DNA from: an uncultured Gammaproteobacteria bacterium
GTDB taxonomy: Bacteria; Pseudomonadota; Gammaproteobacteria; Ga0077536
DNA length: 64,000 bases
Direction: 5' to 3'
Assembly: GCA_938075585.1 (NCBI GenBank)
Contig: CALJHG010000026.1
Span: 20,303 to 84,302, forward strand
In this document: positions 33,451 to 43,778 of the stretch, one piece after another
Layout: each line of letters opens with the position of its first letter
Numbering within the stretch: the first letter of the stretch is position 1
Notes under the pieces: model-generated
Told to the model about the DNA's origin: nothing
Seen by the model: the letters and a program-made list of their open reading frames with translations, nothing else
Databases searched by the model: none
Program-made: the position numbers and the translations under genes

Positions 33451-34542
33451 TTACTCCATTTGATCATGGTTTTTATGCCGTATTTGATCCAATTGTAATA
33501 CAGCATCCACATTTTTACTAAAACCGACAAGTTCCGCTGACCGAATAGATGTTAACACTACTTGACCCTCTTGCTTCAAAAGCATATTTAAAACCGAAGT
33601 AATAAAAACATCGTCCAATTCAGCAGCAATATCATCCACTAAAATAAGAGGTTTTTTTGCGGTCTTCTGAAAAATATACTTCGCCAAGCTGCACAAAACG
33701 AAACACACCAAGAATTTAGACTGTCCACCACTTAAATTCCGCGCGACTGGTCCATTTTTATCACAAAGAGCAAGATCGGCCCTATGCGGACCAACCGTAG
33801 TATAGCCAAGCTGCTCATCCCTTTCCCAAGATTGCGATAAACATAAACGATAGCCTTTCTCCCTATTCCAACCTGGCGAATAACGAAAATACAACCCCCC
33901 AAAAAATCTGCTTATGGTTTTACCCTTAAGCTCAGCATTTAACCTAAGTACAATGTCTTCCCTTTTCCTATCTATTTCTTCACCAACAGATAGCAACTGC
34001 TCATTCCAAGCCCTATGAATTTTTCGAAGATTTCTTCCACGAATTAATTGGTTTCTTTGTCTAAGGGCGCGTCTATATTTCTTCCACTCTTCGATATAAC
34101 TTGGTTCCACGTGGAACATAGTTTTATCTAGGAGAGCCCTTCGTTTGTCCGGTCCTTCAGTCAACAATGTAGCGGCATGGGATGTAATCACTATAGCCGG
34201 TGCGCTCCTTGCTAACTCTGAGGCTTTTTTTACCGGGTTACCATTCACAGTAATCTCAGTTTTTACGCCTTTTTTCCTTACATGTATGTTCACGGGATCG
34301 CTTATACCCGTCTTCCCTGAAGCGATAACCGACGCCCCCGGCGCCCCTCTCCTAACAATATCTCCAGATCTATTTGAAACGAACGATTTTCCTTGGCAGA
34401 CCAAGCTAATCGCCTCCAGAGCGGTAGTTTTTCCAGTCCCATTTCCGCCCGATATAACGGTGCTTTTCTTTCCCAATGTTACATCTAGACGTTCAAAGCA
34501 ACGTAGGTTATTAATTTGGACAGTTTTTAATAACATCTCCAA
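33451..34542 (-). CDS. recF: DNA replication/repair protein RecF
   Basis: GGNGTGKT, GPDKRRALLD, GPHRADL, LSGGQ, LVDDIAAELD; between dnaN and gyrB. Confidence 0.93.
   Translation of the reverse strand: MEMLLKTVQINNLRCFERLDVTLGKKSTVISGGNGTGKTTALEAISLVCQGKSFVSNRSGDIVRRGAPGASVIASGKTGISDPVNIHVRKKGVKTEITVNGNPVKKASELARSAPAIVITSHAATLLTEGPDKRRALLDKTMFHVEPSYIEEWKKYRRALRQRNQLIRGRNLRKIHRAWNEQLLSVGEEIDRKREDIVLRLNAELKGKTISRFFGGLYFRYSPGWNREKGYRLCLSQSWERDEQLGYTTVGPHRADLALCDKNGPVARNLSGGQSKFLVCFVLCSLAKYIFQKTAKKPLILVDDIAAELDDVFITSVLNMLLKQEGQVVLTSIRSAELVGFSKNVDAVLQLDQIRHKNHDQME
34103..34118. promoter_or_regulatory. parS centromere-like site inside recF
   Basis: TGTTCCACGTGGAACC on the minus strand (14-bp perfect palindrome core), about 1.6 kb from oriC. 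Confidence 0.85.
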
Positions 34543-34549
34543 ATTGATC

Positions 34550-35653
34550 TTATAGGCGCATAGGCATTACGACATATTTCGCGTCAGATTTCTCTGGATC
34601 TGTTATCAAACAACTACTGTTTGCATCTATCACATCCAAACGCACAGTTTTGCATTTCAATATTCCCAAAACATCTAAAAGATAAGCAACATTAAATCCT
34701 ACTTCCAAATCATCACCCGTATATTTGACTTCTAAGTCTTCCTCCGCCTCTTCTTTTTCGGGATTATGCGCTATAGCCTTCACCAAGTTTTCATTCAGAG
34801 TTAGTCTTATCCCCCTAAATTTTTCATTAGATAATATTGACGTTCTAGTTAATACGCTTTTCAATTCTTCCCTATCAGCCAACATAAAATTATTGCTTTC
34901 CTTTGGAATTACTCTCTTGTAGTCTGGAAAATTTCCCTCCAGAAGCTTTATCCTCATGATCTGGGAACCCACAGTAACGCCTATACCATTATTTCCTATT
35001 GAAAAACTCACGTTTTTTTCGTCACTTCCGGCTAATAACTTGAGTAACTCTAGCACTCCTTTCCGAGGTATAATCATACTAACGTCGATAGAACTTTTAT
35101 TAGAAAACTCCACATCAGCGAGCGCTAATCTATGACCATCGGTAGCTACAGTCCTCATGCTATTATTGGTAATTTCGACGAGTAATCCATTTAAATAATA
35201 CCTAACATCCTGAGATGCCATAGCAAAATTGGTGTTAATAAAAAGATTGATTAAAGACACTCTATCTATCTCTAAGTTCTGAGTATGATCTTCATCATTC
35301 ATCTTAGGAAATTCTTTCGCGGGCAATGTAGACAACATAAACCTACTTTTACCCGAGGTAAGTTTAACCTGATTTTCTTGTTTAGAAATTTTTAACTTTG
35401 AATCAGCTGGCAATGCTCGACAGATATCTAGCAATTTACGCGCAGGAATTGCCAATTCTCCATCCTCGCTGCTGTTAATGTCTAACGTACTTGACAACTC
35501 TAACTCTAAATCGGTTGCCGTTATCAAAAGATGTCCGTTACTAAATTCCAGCAATAAATTCGAAAGTATAGGTTGATTATGCTTTCGATCTAGCACCGAC
35601 GCACTAGACTGAAGCACAGGCAACAATATATTAGTAGGTATTTGTATATTCAT
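34550..35653 (-). CDS. dnaN: DNA polymerase III beta clamp
   Basis: ATDLELE, QDVRYYLNG, ATDGHRLA, GNFPDYKRVIP, VVMPMRL. Confidence 0.98.
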   Translation of the reverse strand: MNIQIPTNILLPVLQSSASVLDRKHNQPILSNLLLEFSNGHLLITATDLELELSSTLDINSSEDGELAIPARKLLDICRALPADSKLKISKQENQVKLTSGKSRFMLSTLPAKEFPKMNDEDHTQNLEIDRVSLINLFINTNFAMASQDVRYYLNGLLVEITNNSMRTVATDGHRLALADVEFSNKSSIDVSMIIPRKGVLELLKLLAGSDEKNVSFSIGNNGIGVTVGSQIMRIKLLEGNFPDYKRVIPKESNNFMLADREELKSVLTRTSILSNEKFRGIRLTLNENLVKAIAHNPEKEEAEEDLEVKYTGDDLEVGFNVAYLLDVLGILKCKTVRLDVIDANSSCLITDPEKSDAKYVVMPMRL

Positions 35654-35829
35654 ATTATTATTACTATTAGGTAAAGAAAAAGCGGGGATAACATTTTTTC
35701 TTATTTAAATTAATAGCTTACCTCTTTTTATGTCGTTTGAAATTGTGTCTTTTATGTTAGTACTCTGTTGACAAAAATAGTCGCTTATTACGCGTTAGAA
35801 CTTATTCCTCGTTTATACACAGTTTTTAT
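35654..35829. other. Probable oriC (dnaA-dnaN spacer)
   Basis: NTA trio run 35654-35670, DnaA-box-like CGGGGATAA 35683-35691, IHF-like 35708-35720, TGTTGACAA 35766-35774, TTATACACA 35813-35821; gene orientation and apparent G/C skew switch near here. Confidence 0.75.
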
Positions 35830-37167
35830 TCATGATGTTAAGATTCGCTCTAAGTTAGCGTAATCTTCCTCTATTTTAGAATCTGATGATCTCAGTTCGG
35901 CAATTTTTTTATTTGCGTGTATTACCGTTGAATGATCCCGACCGCCGAAAGCGTCCCCTATTTCTGGGAGGCTATGATTCGTCAATTCTTTTGACAAAGT
36001 CATTGCTACCTGCCTGGGCCTAGCTACAGATCTACTTCTTCGTTTAGACAATAAATCAGACACCCTTATTTTATAATACTCTGCTACCGTTTTTTGTATA
36101 TTTTCGATAGTTACTAATCTGTCTTGCATAGCCAACAAGTCTTTAAGCGCTTCTTTTGCGAAATCCAAGGTAATTGAGCTTCCAGTGAAGTGAGCGTTTG
36201 CCACCACTCTATGAAGCGCTCCCTCAAGCTCTCTAACATTTGATCGAAAGCGTTTTCCTATAAAAAATGCGACCTCATGAGGCAAATCCACTTTGTTATG
36301 ACTGGCTTTTTTCATTAAAATGGCTACCCTAGTTTCAAGTTCCGGGGGCTCCACAGCGACAGTTAGACCCCATCCAAAACGAGACTTCAGTCTTTCCTCA
36401 ACGCCGGCCACCTCCCTAGGATAGCGATCACAAGTTAAAACTATTTGTTGGTCACCTTCTAAAAGCGCATTAAAAGTGTGGAAAAACTCTTCCTGAGAGC
36501 GATCTTTTCCTGAAAAAAACTGAATATCATCTATCAACAGTGCGTCGACTGAGCGATAATAGCGCTTAAACTCATTAATTTTATTATGTTGTAAAGCTCT
36601 AACCATATCAGCTACAAATCTTTCTGAATGAAGATAAATAGCTTTTAAATCACGACCATTTTGAGTAATAAGATTTCCAACAGCATGCATTAGGTGAGTT
36701 TTACCTAGACCGACACCACCGGAGATAAATAGGGGGTTATATGCCTTTCCTGGGTTATTAGACACCTGCAAAGCCGCTGCTCTAGCCAATTGGTTTGATT
36801 TGCCTTCCACAAAAGAGTCGAAATTAAGTTCTGCCCTAAGGCCAGAATTTTGTGAGGATCTTCTAACGGCGGTCTTTTGGGTGGGTTCTTCACTAGTTAC
36901 GTTTACTGGCGCAACCTTTCGTAATGGCGCACTACCTATAAATAAACTGACCTCGCAATTGTTTTCAGAAGAAGATAAAACAATATCTTTGATTCGGTCA
37001 AAATGTTTATCTTTAACCCAATCAAAAACGAATTGATTAGGAGCAAAAATATTTAACTTATCATTATTTTCAAGGGCTTGGAGAGGAACAATCCAAGTAT
37101 TGAAGCCTTGGGAATCCATCTCTATTTCGAGCTGTTTCAAGCATTGTTGCCAAATTTGATCATGCAT
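35830..37167 (-). CDS. dnaA: Chromosomal replication initiator DnaA
   Basis: [49 protein letters not shown]. Confidence 0.99.
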   Translation of the reverse strand: MHDQIWQQCLKQLEIEMDSQGFNTWIVPLQALENNDKLNIFAPNQFVFDWVKDKHFDRIKDIVLSSSENNCEVSLFIGSAPLRKVAPVNVTSEEPTQKTAVRRSSQNSGLRAELNFDSFVEGKSNQLARAAALQVSNNPGKAYNPLFISGGVGLGKTHLMHAVGNLITQNGRDLKAIYLHSERFVADMVRALQHNKINEFKRYYRSVDALLIDDIQFFSGKDRSQEEFFHTFNALLEGDQQIVLTCDRYPREVAGVEERLKSRFGWGLTVAVEPPELETRVAILMKKASHNKVDLPHEVAFFIGKRFRSNVRELEGALHRVVANAHFTGSSITLDFAKEALKDLLAMQDRLVTIENIQKTVAEYYKIRVSDLLSKRRSRSVARPRQVAMTLSKELTNHSLPEIGDAFGGRDHSTVIHANKKIAELRSSDSKIEEDYANLERILTS

Positions 37168-37235
37168 AGCGTTGTACGGTAGGAGTGTGTTTTAAATATT
37201 ATATTTTAGATTGAGTATATGCGGGTTTTATAAAC

Positions 37236-37244
37236 TTATCCACA
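37236..37244 (+). promoter_or_regulatory. Perfect DnaA box upstream of dnaA (autoregulation)
   Basis: TTATCCACA 69 bp before the dnaA start. Confidence 0.85.
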
Positions 37245-37277
37245 GGCTAGAATAGTCCGTCAAATTATTTATTTCAG

Positions 37278-37307
37278 TTGACTTCAACGGCCGTTTCATC
37301 CTAATAT
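37278..37307 (+). promoter_or_regulatory. Putative sigma70 promoter of rpmH
   Basis: TTGACT-18 bp-TAATAT followed by GC-rich CGCCGCC. Confidence 0.55.
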
Positions 37308-37368
37308 CGCCGCCTCTAACAGGTTAAACAATAACGTTTATCCTAAATCAGACACGGATTTAAGAGTA

Positions 37369-37503
37369 ATGAAGCATACTTTTCAGCCAGGAACGCTTAA
37401 AAGATCGCGAAAGCACGGGTTTCGAGCTCGGATGAAGACGAAAGGCGGACGACGAATCCTTGCCGCCCGGAGAGCCAAGGGGCGAGCGCAACTTACAGCA
37501 TAA
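37369..37503 (+). CDS. rpmH: 50S ribosomal protein L34 (not in ORF track)
   Basis: Manual translation [44 protein letters not shown], 44 aa. Confidence 0.98.
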   Translation: MKHTFQPGTLKRSRKHGFRARMKTKGGRRILAARRAKGRAQLTA

Positions 37504-37514
37504 GAATTGAAAGA

Positions 37515-37886
37515 ATGAAAAAGTTTCCTAACGGATTTGGTCGTTCCAGAAAAATGACAGAAGGAGATGATTTCAAATCTACGATTATCAAAGGTGATAA
37601 GCAAAATTTTAGCACTTTTAGCCTGTATTCTTGTCCTAATCATACGGGTGGAGCGCGATTGGGCATTGCTGTAAGTCGCAAGGTCTCAAAAAAAGCTGTA
37701 ATTCGCAACGCGTTAAAGCGAATAGTTCGAGAGACATTCAGAACTAAAGCAGAACAACTCCAAGCTGTAGATTGCTTTTTCAAATTTCGTGCTACTAAGC
37801 ATGTGCCGAACAGGTTGCTGGTCAAGCAGGAATTAATAAAGAGTTTCTCTTTGCTAGCGAATACTAAACCAAACAGAGGTAATTAA
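37515..37886 (+). CDS. rnpA: RNase P protein component
   Basis: ARLGIAVSRKVSKKAVIRNALKRIVRETFR. Confidence 0.95.
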   Translation: MKKFPNGFGRSRKMTEGDDFKSTIIKGDKQNFSTFSLYSCPNHTGGARLGIAVSRKVSKKAVIRNALKRIVRETFRTKAEQLQAVDCFFKFRATKHVPNRLLVKQELIKSFSLLANTKPNRGN

Positions 37887-37891
37887 CAGGC

Positions 37892-39532
37892 ATGGACAAT
37901 GTTAGGTTTTTTTTAGTACTCGCTGTCAGTTTTTTAGCTTTGCTACTTTACCAAAAGTGGCACCAAGATTATCTTTCAGACTCCATTCAAACAAGCTCAA
38001 CGCAAACACAGAACGCGCCTAAGTCACTGTCGGTGGATAGAGAACGAGATTTGCCACAAATTCAACCGTCTTTTGAAATTGATCCTAGTTTTGACAGGGA
38101 TGAGTCGTCGAGCGGTTCTGCCGATATCGAGGTAACAACAGATTTATTTTCGGTTAGATTCTCGTCATTAGGAGCTGGGATCAATCAGGTAGGATTGCTC
38201 AAATACCCAGTGGAGCAGGACCGCCCCTCGGAAGCGGTGCAATTATTAGCCAACAACTCTGATAGGCTGTTTATATATCAAAGTGGATTAGCAGGTGATA
38301 CGACATTGCCGACTCATTATGACTCTTATTACATTCCGCAAGACAAGTACAGCTTAGGGGACCGTAGTGATGAATTAATCGTTCCGTTTCAGTGGGAAAG
38401 TGGCACAGGTATAAACGTAAAAAAAGAATATGTTCTAAAGCGACAGAGCTATTTGATACAAGTAAAACATACGATTGTAAATAATAGCCAAACAGCTATT
38501 AAACTTCATCAATATGACCAACTCAAACGCAGTCGAGAGTCCTCTCGCAAGGGTATGTTGTATCTCTTTACAGGGGCTGCATTATCTACCCCGGAGAAGC
38601 GATACGAAAAATTTAACTATGGCGATTTAGAAGACGCACCGTTATCGGTCAATGCTAAAGATAGTTGGGTAGCAGTGATGGAGCACTATTTTGTCGCTGC
38701 TCTCATTCCAAATAAGGGGGTTACCCATCATTTTTATTCTAAAACGGATAATAAAAACCGCTTTACTGTTGGCCACTACAGTCCGGGGGCTACTTTGGCC
38801 CCAGGCGAACAACACGAATTTAGTAGCTCGATTTACATAGGGCCTAAAAGACATGACATATTAGAGGAGACTGCACCAGGATTAAACTTAAGCGTGGATT
38901 ACGGAATGTTATGGTTCCTCGCTAAGCCACTATTTGTAGTATTAACATACGTGCATAAAATGACTGATAACTGGGGATGGGCGATAGTTATTCTTACGAT
39001 ACTACTAAAATTGATGTTTTATCCTTTGGCAGCAGCAGGTTATCGTTCGATGGCTAATATGAGGAAGGTACAACCGCGGCTTCTTGCATTAAAAGATCGA
39101 TACTCAGGTGACAAGGCCCAATTAAATCAAGCTATGATGCAGCTGTATAAGGACGAGAAGATAAACCCTTTGGGCGGTTGTCTGCCTATGTTGGTTCAAA
39201 TCCCGTTTTTCATAGCTTTATATTGGGTTTTGTTAGAAAGCGTAGAGATCAGACAAGCCCCCTTTATTTTCTGGATAACTGACTTGTCTAGCCTTGACCC
39301 ATTCTATGTATTACCACTCCTAATGGGAGTTACAATGTGGTTCCAACAGAGGCTCAATCCGGCACCCCTAGATCCGATGCAGGCTAAAGTAATGAAGATA
39401 TTGCCATTTGTTTTTACTGGGTTTTTTGCCTTTTTCCCGTCAGGACTCGTACTTTACTGGCTTGTGAATAATTTACTATCCATAGCTCAGCAATATCGCA
39501 TCACTAAATTGGTAGAGAGTGAGAGCGCATAA
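37892..39532 (+). CDS. yidC: Membrane protein insertase YidC
   Basis: YIGPK, VDYG, NWGWAIV, INPLGGCLPMLVQIPFF, PSGLVLYW. Confidence 0.97.
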   Translation: MDNVRFFLVLAVSFLALLLYQKWHQDYLSDSIQTSSTQTQNAPKSLSVDRERDLPQIQPSFEIDPSFDRDESSSGSADIEVTTDLFSVRFSSLGAGINQVGLLKYPVEQDRPSEAVQLLANNSDRLFIYQSGLAGDTTLPTHYDSYYIPQDKYSLGDRSDELIVPFQWESGTGINVKKEYVLKRQSYLIQVKHTIVNNSQTAIKLHQYDQLKRSRESSRKGMLYLFTGAALSTPEKRYEKFNYGDLEDAPLSVNAKDSWVAVMEHYFVAALIPNKGVTHHFYSKTDNKNRFTVGHYSPGATLAPGEQHEFSSSIYIGPKRHDILEETAPGLNLSVDYGMLWFLAKPLFVVLTYVHKMTDNWGWAIVILTILLKLMFYPLAAAGYRSMANMRKVQPRLLALKDRYSGDKAQLNQAMMQLYKDEKINPLGGCLPMLVQIPFFIALYWVLLESVEIRQAPFIFWITDLSSLDPFYVLPLLMGVTMWFQQRLNPAPLDPMQAKVMKILPFVFTGFFAFFPSGLVLYWLVNNLLSIAQQYRITKLVESESA

Positions 39533-39550
39533 ACTCTTGCTGAAGCGGGC

Positions 39551-40888
39551 GTGTTAACAGACACAATAGTAGCTGTGGCCACCCCTAATGGCAGGGGTGG
39601 CGTCGGTATAGTGCGCTTGTCTGGCCCTAAGGCCATGCAGGTGGCCTCTAAGGTTGTTAGAGTAGAGTTGTCGAACAGCCGCATCACGAATTATACAGAT
39701 TTCCTTGATTCTAAAGGCGATAAAATTGACACGGGGCTTGTGGTATTTTTCAAGGGGCCAAACTCTTACACGGGCGAAAATGTAATCGAAATGCATATGC
39801 ACGGTAATCCAATTATTTTGGGGGAGATGGTTAGAGCCTGTTGTGAATTGGATGCTAGACTTGCGAGGCCGGGAGAGTTTACGGAGAGAGCTTTCAGAGC
39901 TGGAAAAATAAATTTGGTTCAGGCCGAGGCGGTGGCGGATTTGATTGCTGCTCAATCGGTTAAAGCAGTCCGTTCTGCCCAAAACACTTTAGAGGGTCAT
40001 TTCGGCAATGTTGTTGAAAAGTTAATATTACAAACTCAAGAAATACGATACCAGTTAGAGGCCGCGATCGATTTTTCAGACGATGTGAGCAGCCCAGATT
40101 TTATCCCCCACATGTTTGGACTGCATAAGAAGTTGCTGGAAGGATTGAAGAGCCTCTTAGCATCTGCGACACAAGGTGCAAAACTTAGTGAGGGCTTTAA
40201 GTTAGTTATTGCTGGGCCACCAAATGCGGGTAAATCAATGTTACTAAATCGTCTCGTTCAGTCCGAGCGAGCAATTGTGTCGTCTGAAGCAGGGACTACA
40301 AGAGACGCAATAAATGTCGAGTGCCGACTTAGGGATATTCCGGTGCAAATTATAGATACAGCAGGATTGCGAGAGGATGTTGAGTCTAGTATAGAAAAAG
40401 AGGGTATCAAAAGAACGTACGCTGCCATCGAAAAGGCAGACCTAGTTATTTATTTAAAGGATGTCACATCGACTGTCCCAGCGGGTCGCGACTATGAGTC
40501 AGACTTAGTGACACACGCTAAGATCTTGACGGTATTTAACAAACTTGACAAGCTGCCAGAAACTAACAAATTAGAAAAAAATTCAGGAATTTATATTTCG
40601 GCTCTTTCGGGGGTGGGTGTAGCTAATCTTGAGGACGCGATCATTGAAAATTTTGATGCTTCTAATAATGAGAATGTCGAATTTTCGGCGAGGGAGAGAC
40701 ACCTTATAGCCTTGAAAAAGGCTATTAATGCTATAGATGCGATTGAAGATGTTAGTTTTGGCGCTAGTCCCGAGTTAGTAGCTGAGGACTATAGGGAAGC
40801 AACAGGTGCGCTCCAAGAAATCGGCGGGGAATATTCTACTGAAGATCTCCTGGGTGATATATTTTCAAAGTTTTGCATAGGGAAATAA
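39551..40888 (+). CDS. mnmE: tRNA modification GTPase MnmE
   Basis: GVGIVRLSG, PGEFTERAF, GPPNAGKS, GTTRD, DTAG, FSKFCIGK. Confidence 0.98.
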   Translation: MLTDTIVAVATPNGRGGVGIVRLSGPKAMQVASKVVRVELSNSRITNYTDFLDSKGDKIDTGLVVFFKGPNSYTGENVIEMHMHGNPIILGEMVRACCELDARLARPGEFTERAFRAGKINLVQAEAVADLIAAQSVKAVRSAQNTLEGHFGNVVEKLILQTQEIRYQLEAAIDFSDDVSSPDFIPHMFGLHKKLLEGLKSLLASATQGAKLSEGFKLVIAGPPNAGKSMLLNRLVQSERAIVSSEAGTTRDAINVECRLRDIPVQIIDTAGLREDVESSIEKEGIKRTYAAIEKADLVIYLKDVTSTVPAGRDYESDLVTHAKILTVFNKLDKLPETNKLEKNSGIYISALSGVGVANLEDAIIENFDASNNENVEFSARERHLIALKKAINAIDAIEDVSFGASPELVAEDYREATGALQEIGGEYSTEDLLGDIFSKFCIGK

Positions 40889-40894
40889 TAGTCC

Positions 40895-41794
40895 ATGGAC
40901 CGAATATTAGTTATCACCCTCAGTAATCTGGGAGACGCGGTGATGACTACACCCGTGTTTGAGGCTTTACATGTCGCATATCCTTGCTGTGTCATTGACA
41001 TTGTAGCGGATAAGAGGTCCTCGGACATTTTTGGGGGCGCTCCCTACTTGGGAAAAATTTTTCATCGTGAAAAAAAGGGAGGCATGATAAAAACTATTAA
41101 GTTGATTGCGGAACTGAGAAAAACGTATTACGACATTATTATCGACCTTCGGACAAATTTAATTCCGATAATGCTACGCGCCAATAAGAACATCTTTAAA
41201 ATAAAAAGAGCATCTGCGGCACAGCACTCGGTAGAAGAGCACTATGGAGGAATTTTAACTTTGGACGGCGTAGCTTCAACCCCGCCAAAGTGTCGGCTTT
41301 ACTTGGAGGGACACGCACAGGAGCAAGCAAGGGGGCTCATAAAAAGTTTTGCCGGAAAAAAACTCTTAGCTATCGGCCCCGGGGCCAATTGGCCAGGAAA
41401 GATTTGGCCGGCAACGCGATTTGAAGAGTTGGTTCTAGATTTAGAAACATACTTTGACGGCGTTATACAGTTAGGCTCCGAAGGAGAAGGGATTGTTTTT
41501 TCCGAGAGGGTGAATATGCCGAATTTAGATCTAACAGGAAAAACTAATTTATCAACTTTAAAATCTGTTATTAAAAGTTGCCAATTATTTATTGGCAATG
41601 ACTCAGGGATAGGGCATGTGGCGGCCGCGCTAGGAAAGCCGTCTTTAACTGTTTTCGGAGTTGGGGACCCTGAGCGCTATCTTCCTTGGGGGAGTCAGTC
41701 TGTAGCAATTACTGAACCGTCGAAAGATCTTCGACGATTGAAGTCCTCCCGTGTCTCAAATGCTGCAAAACTGCTGATAGAGGGGTTTTTGTAG
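40895..41794 (+). CDS. Glycosyltransferase family 9 (heptosyltransferase-like)
   Basis: SNLGDAVMTTP, KIWP, DLTGKTNL, FIGNDSGIGHVAAALG. Confidence 0.88.
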   Translation: MDRILVITLSNLGDAVMTTPVFEALHVAYPCCVIDIVADKRSSDIFGGAPYLGKIFHREKKGGMIKTIKLIAELRKTYYDIIIDLRTNLIPIMLRANKNIFKIKRASAAQHSVEEHYGGILTLDGVASTPPKCRLYLEGHAQEQARGLIKSFAGKKLLAIGPGANWPGKIWPATRFEELVLDLETYFDGVIQLGSEGEGIVFSERVNMPNLDLTGKTNLSTLKSVIKSCQLFIGNDSGIGHVAAALGKPSLTVFGVGDPERYLPWGSQSVAITEPSKDLRRLKSSRVSNAAKLLIEGFL

Positions 41795-42825
41795 TGAGGA
41801 TAGCGCAAATAATGTTGGCTCGTGGCTTTGGGGGTGCTGAAAGGAGTTTTTTTGACATCTCGGAAACTCTTGCGAGTATTGGCCACAATGTTGCGGTCAT
41901 AGTAGATTCGCGTAGTATGCTCTTCTCCAGACTTACAGCTAATAAAAGGTTGTTAGTCATCCCGATAAAATGCCACGGAGTTTGGGACTTTTTGGCAGGT
42001 TATAGAATTAAGAGTGCATTAGCGAATTTTGATGCACAGATAGTTCATGCACATTTAGCCAGATCTGCTCATCTTGGAGGCAAGGCCGCACGCGCCTTGC
42101 GAATTCCGTCCTTGGTAAAAACACATAACTTGGTCAACTTAAAATACTATAAATCAATAGATCATTTTGTACCGACGACTCAATTTCAAGCGGAATATTT
42201 GTTTAAGCACGGTGTGTCAAAAACTCGAATCACCACAATACCTAATTTCACACGCTTAACACCGGTTGAATCAGTAACGCCTAGCCATAAAAAGGAAAAA
42301 ATTGTGATAAGGGCGGTTGGGCGCTTCGTGTATAAAAAAGGTTTTGACACTTTGATTACAGCGTTTCAGTTGATACTAAAAAAACGGGCAAATGTGAGAT
42401 TAGAGATAGGTGGAAGCGGCACGGAACTCGGGAAGTTGTCGGATCAAGTGGTTCAACACGGATTGCAAAAAGAAGTTAAATTCTGCGGCTGGGTTGAAGA
42501 TGTACGGTCTTTTGTGGAGGGCGCAGATTTATTTGTTATACCCTCAAGGGATGAGCCGTTTGGAATTGTAGTGTTAGAATCAATGGCATGTGGGGTGCCG
42601 ATTATCGCAAGTAGGACACAGGGACCTACCGAAATACTGACAGACGAAATGGCGTATTTCTTTGAACCTGGCGACGCGTTCGGATTGGCCGAACAAGTTT
42701 TGCTGGCTCTATCCTCCGCGGGACGGTGGAGTAAGGCTCAAGCCGCCTTGGAAAAGCTCAAGCAAACTTATACTCAGAAACAGGTTGTTAAAACTTACGA
42801 GCGTTTATATAAGAAAATTATTTAG
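41794..42825 (+). CDS. Glycosyltransferase family 4
   Basis: FGGAER, VGRFVYKKGFD, PSRDEPFGIVVLES. Confidence 0.88.
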   Translation: MRIAQIMLARGFGGAERSFFDISETLASIGHNVAVIVDSRSMLFSRLTANKRLLVIPIKCHGVWDFLAGYRIKSALANFDAQIVHAHLARSAHLGGKAARALRIPSLVKTHNLVNLKYYKSIDHFVPTTQFQAEYLFKHGVSKTRITTIPNFTRLTPVESVTPSHKKEKIVIRAVGRFVYKKGFDTLITAFQLILKKRANVRLEIGGSGTELGKLSDQVVQHGLQKEVKFCGWVEDVRSFVEGADLFVIPSRDEPFGIVVLESMACGVPIIASRTQGPTEILTDEMAYFFEPGDAFGLAEQVLLALSSAGRWSKAQAALEKLKQTYTQKQVVKTYERLYKKII

Positions 42826-43778
42826 CAAAGAGTTTTTTCTATAAATTTAATTACGTGAGACGGTGTCAGCTCAGATAAATTTGTACCTTTGGGGGCTGAG
42901 TTACTTAATTTGTTGAGTGTAACTACATATTTTTCTTGGCCGAGGGCGTGGTTTCTTACCCAGTCACTTGGTCCAAAAATACCGAATATGGGGATGTTCC
43001 CTGACGAAAGTATGTGCATGGGTCCCGAGTCGTTAGTCACAGCGAATTTGGCAAAATTACTAAGTTGTGATAACTCTGAGGCTGAAAATTCACCGGTAGC
43101 ATCTATGCCTGCGACACTTGAGAGCATTAAGTTTAATTCGCGGTCCGGTTCGCCACCGATCCAGACTGGTACAATATTTCGTTTTATCAGATATGTGGCC
43201 AGCTCCGGAAAGTATGGCCACTGTTTTTCTGGCCTTTTAGGACTTACGCCCGCGTGAAGCAGTACAATGTCTCTCCCCGTCAACATGGTTTTCTCCAGCC
43301 AGTCTTCGATCTTTTTTATCTCTGCTATATTTTGGGGGAAATAAGGCAATTTATATTGGATGTCCACACCAGAGCTATTACATACTTCGATCATGCGGCT
43401 AAAGATATGAATTTTTCCTAGCCACGGTTCCTTTGGACTATGCGTGTATGCTGGGTGCTGCAGGTTGCCTACCCTTACTGGAATATTTGAAAATCTAGAC
43501 ATAATTCTGGTTCTATTAGACCCTTGTAAATCATAGAGATGGGTAAATTTCTGCTGGCGAATCCAATTGAGAGTGCGTGCGTTGTGGATGAGTCCATGTC
43601 TGGGGAAGGTTTTTATTAATAAATTATCCCAATTTATAAACACTTCCCTGTATTTATCAGTCGTTAATAGCGTACATGTGGAAGACTTATGCTTATCCAT
43701 GATCCCTTTTATAAGCGCGGTAGCCATTACGACGTCTCCTAGCGCTCCTAGTTTTATGATCAGCACTTGATTGGTCAT
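42822..43778 (-). CDS. Glycosyltransferase family 9
   Basis: IKLGALGDVVMA, YDLQG, KQWP, VTNDSGPMH. Confidence 0.88.
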   Translation of the reverse strand: MTNQVLIIKLGALGDVVMATALIKGIMDKHKSSTCTLLTTDKYREVFINWDNLLIKTFPRHGLIHNARTLNWIRQQKFTHLYDLQGSNRTRIMSRFSNIPVRVGNLQHPAYTHSPKEPWLGKIHIFSRMIEVCNSSGVDIQYKLPYFPQNIAEIKKIEDWLEKTMLTGRDIVLLHAGVSPKRPEKQWPYFPELATYLIKRNIVPVWIGGEPDRELNLMLSSVAGIDATGEFSASELSQLSNFAKFAVTNDSGPMHILSSGNIPIFGIFGPSDWVRNHALGQEKYVVTLNKLSNSAPKGTNLSELTPSHVIKFIEKTLC

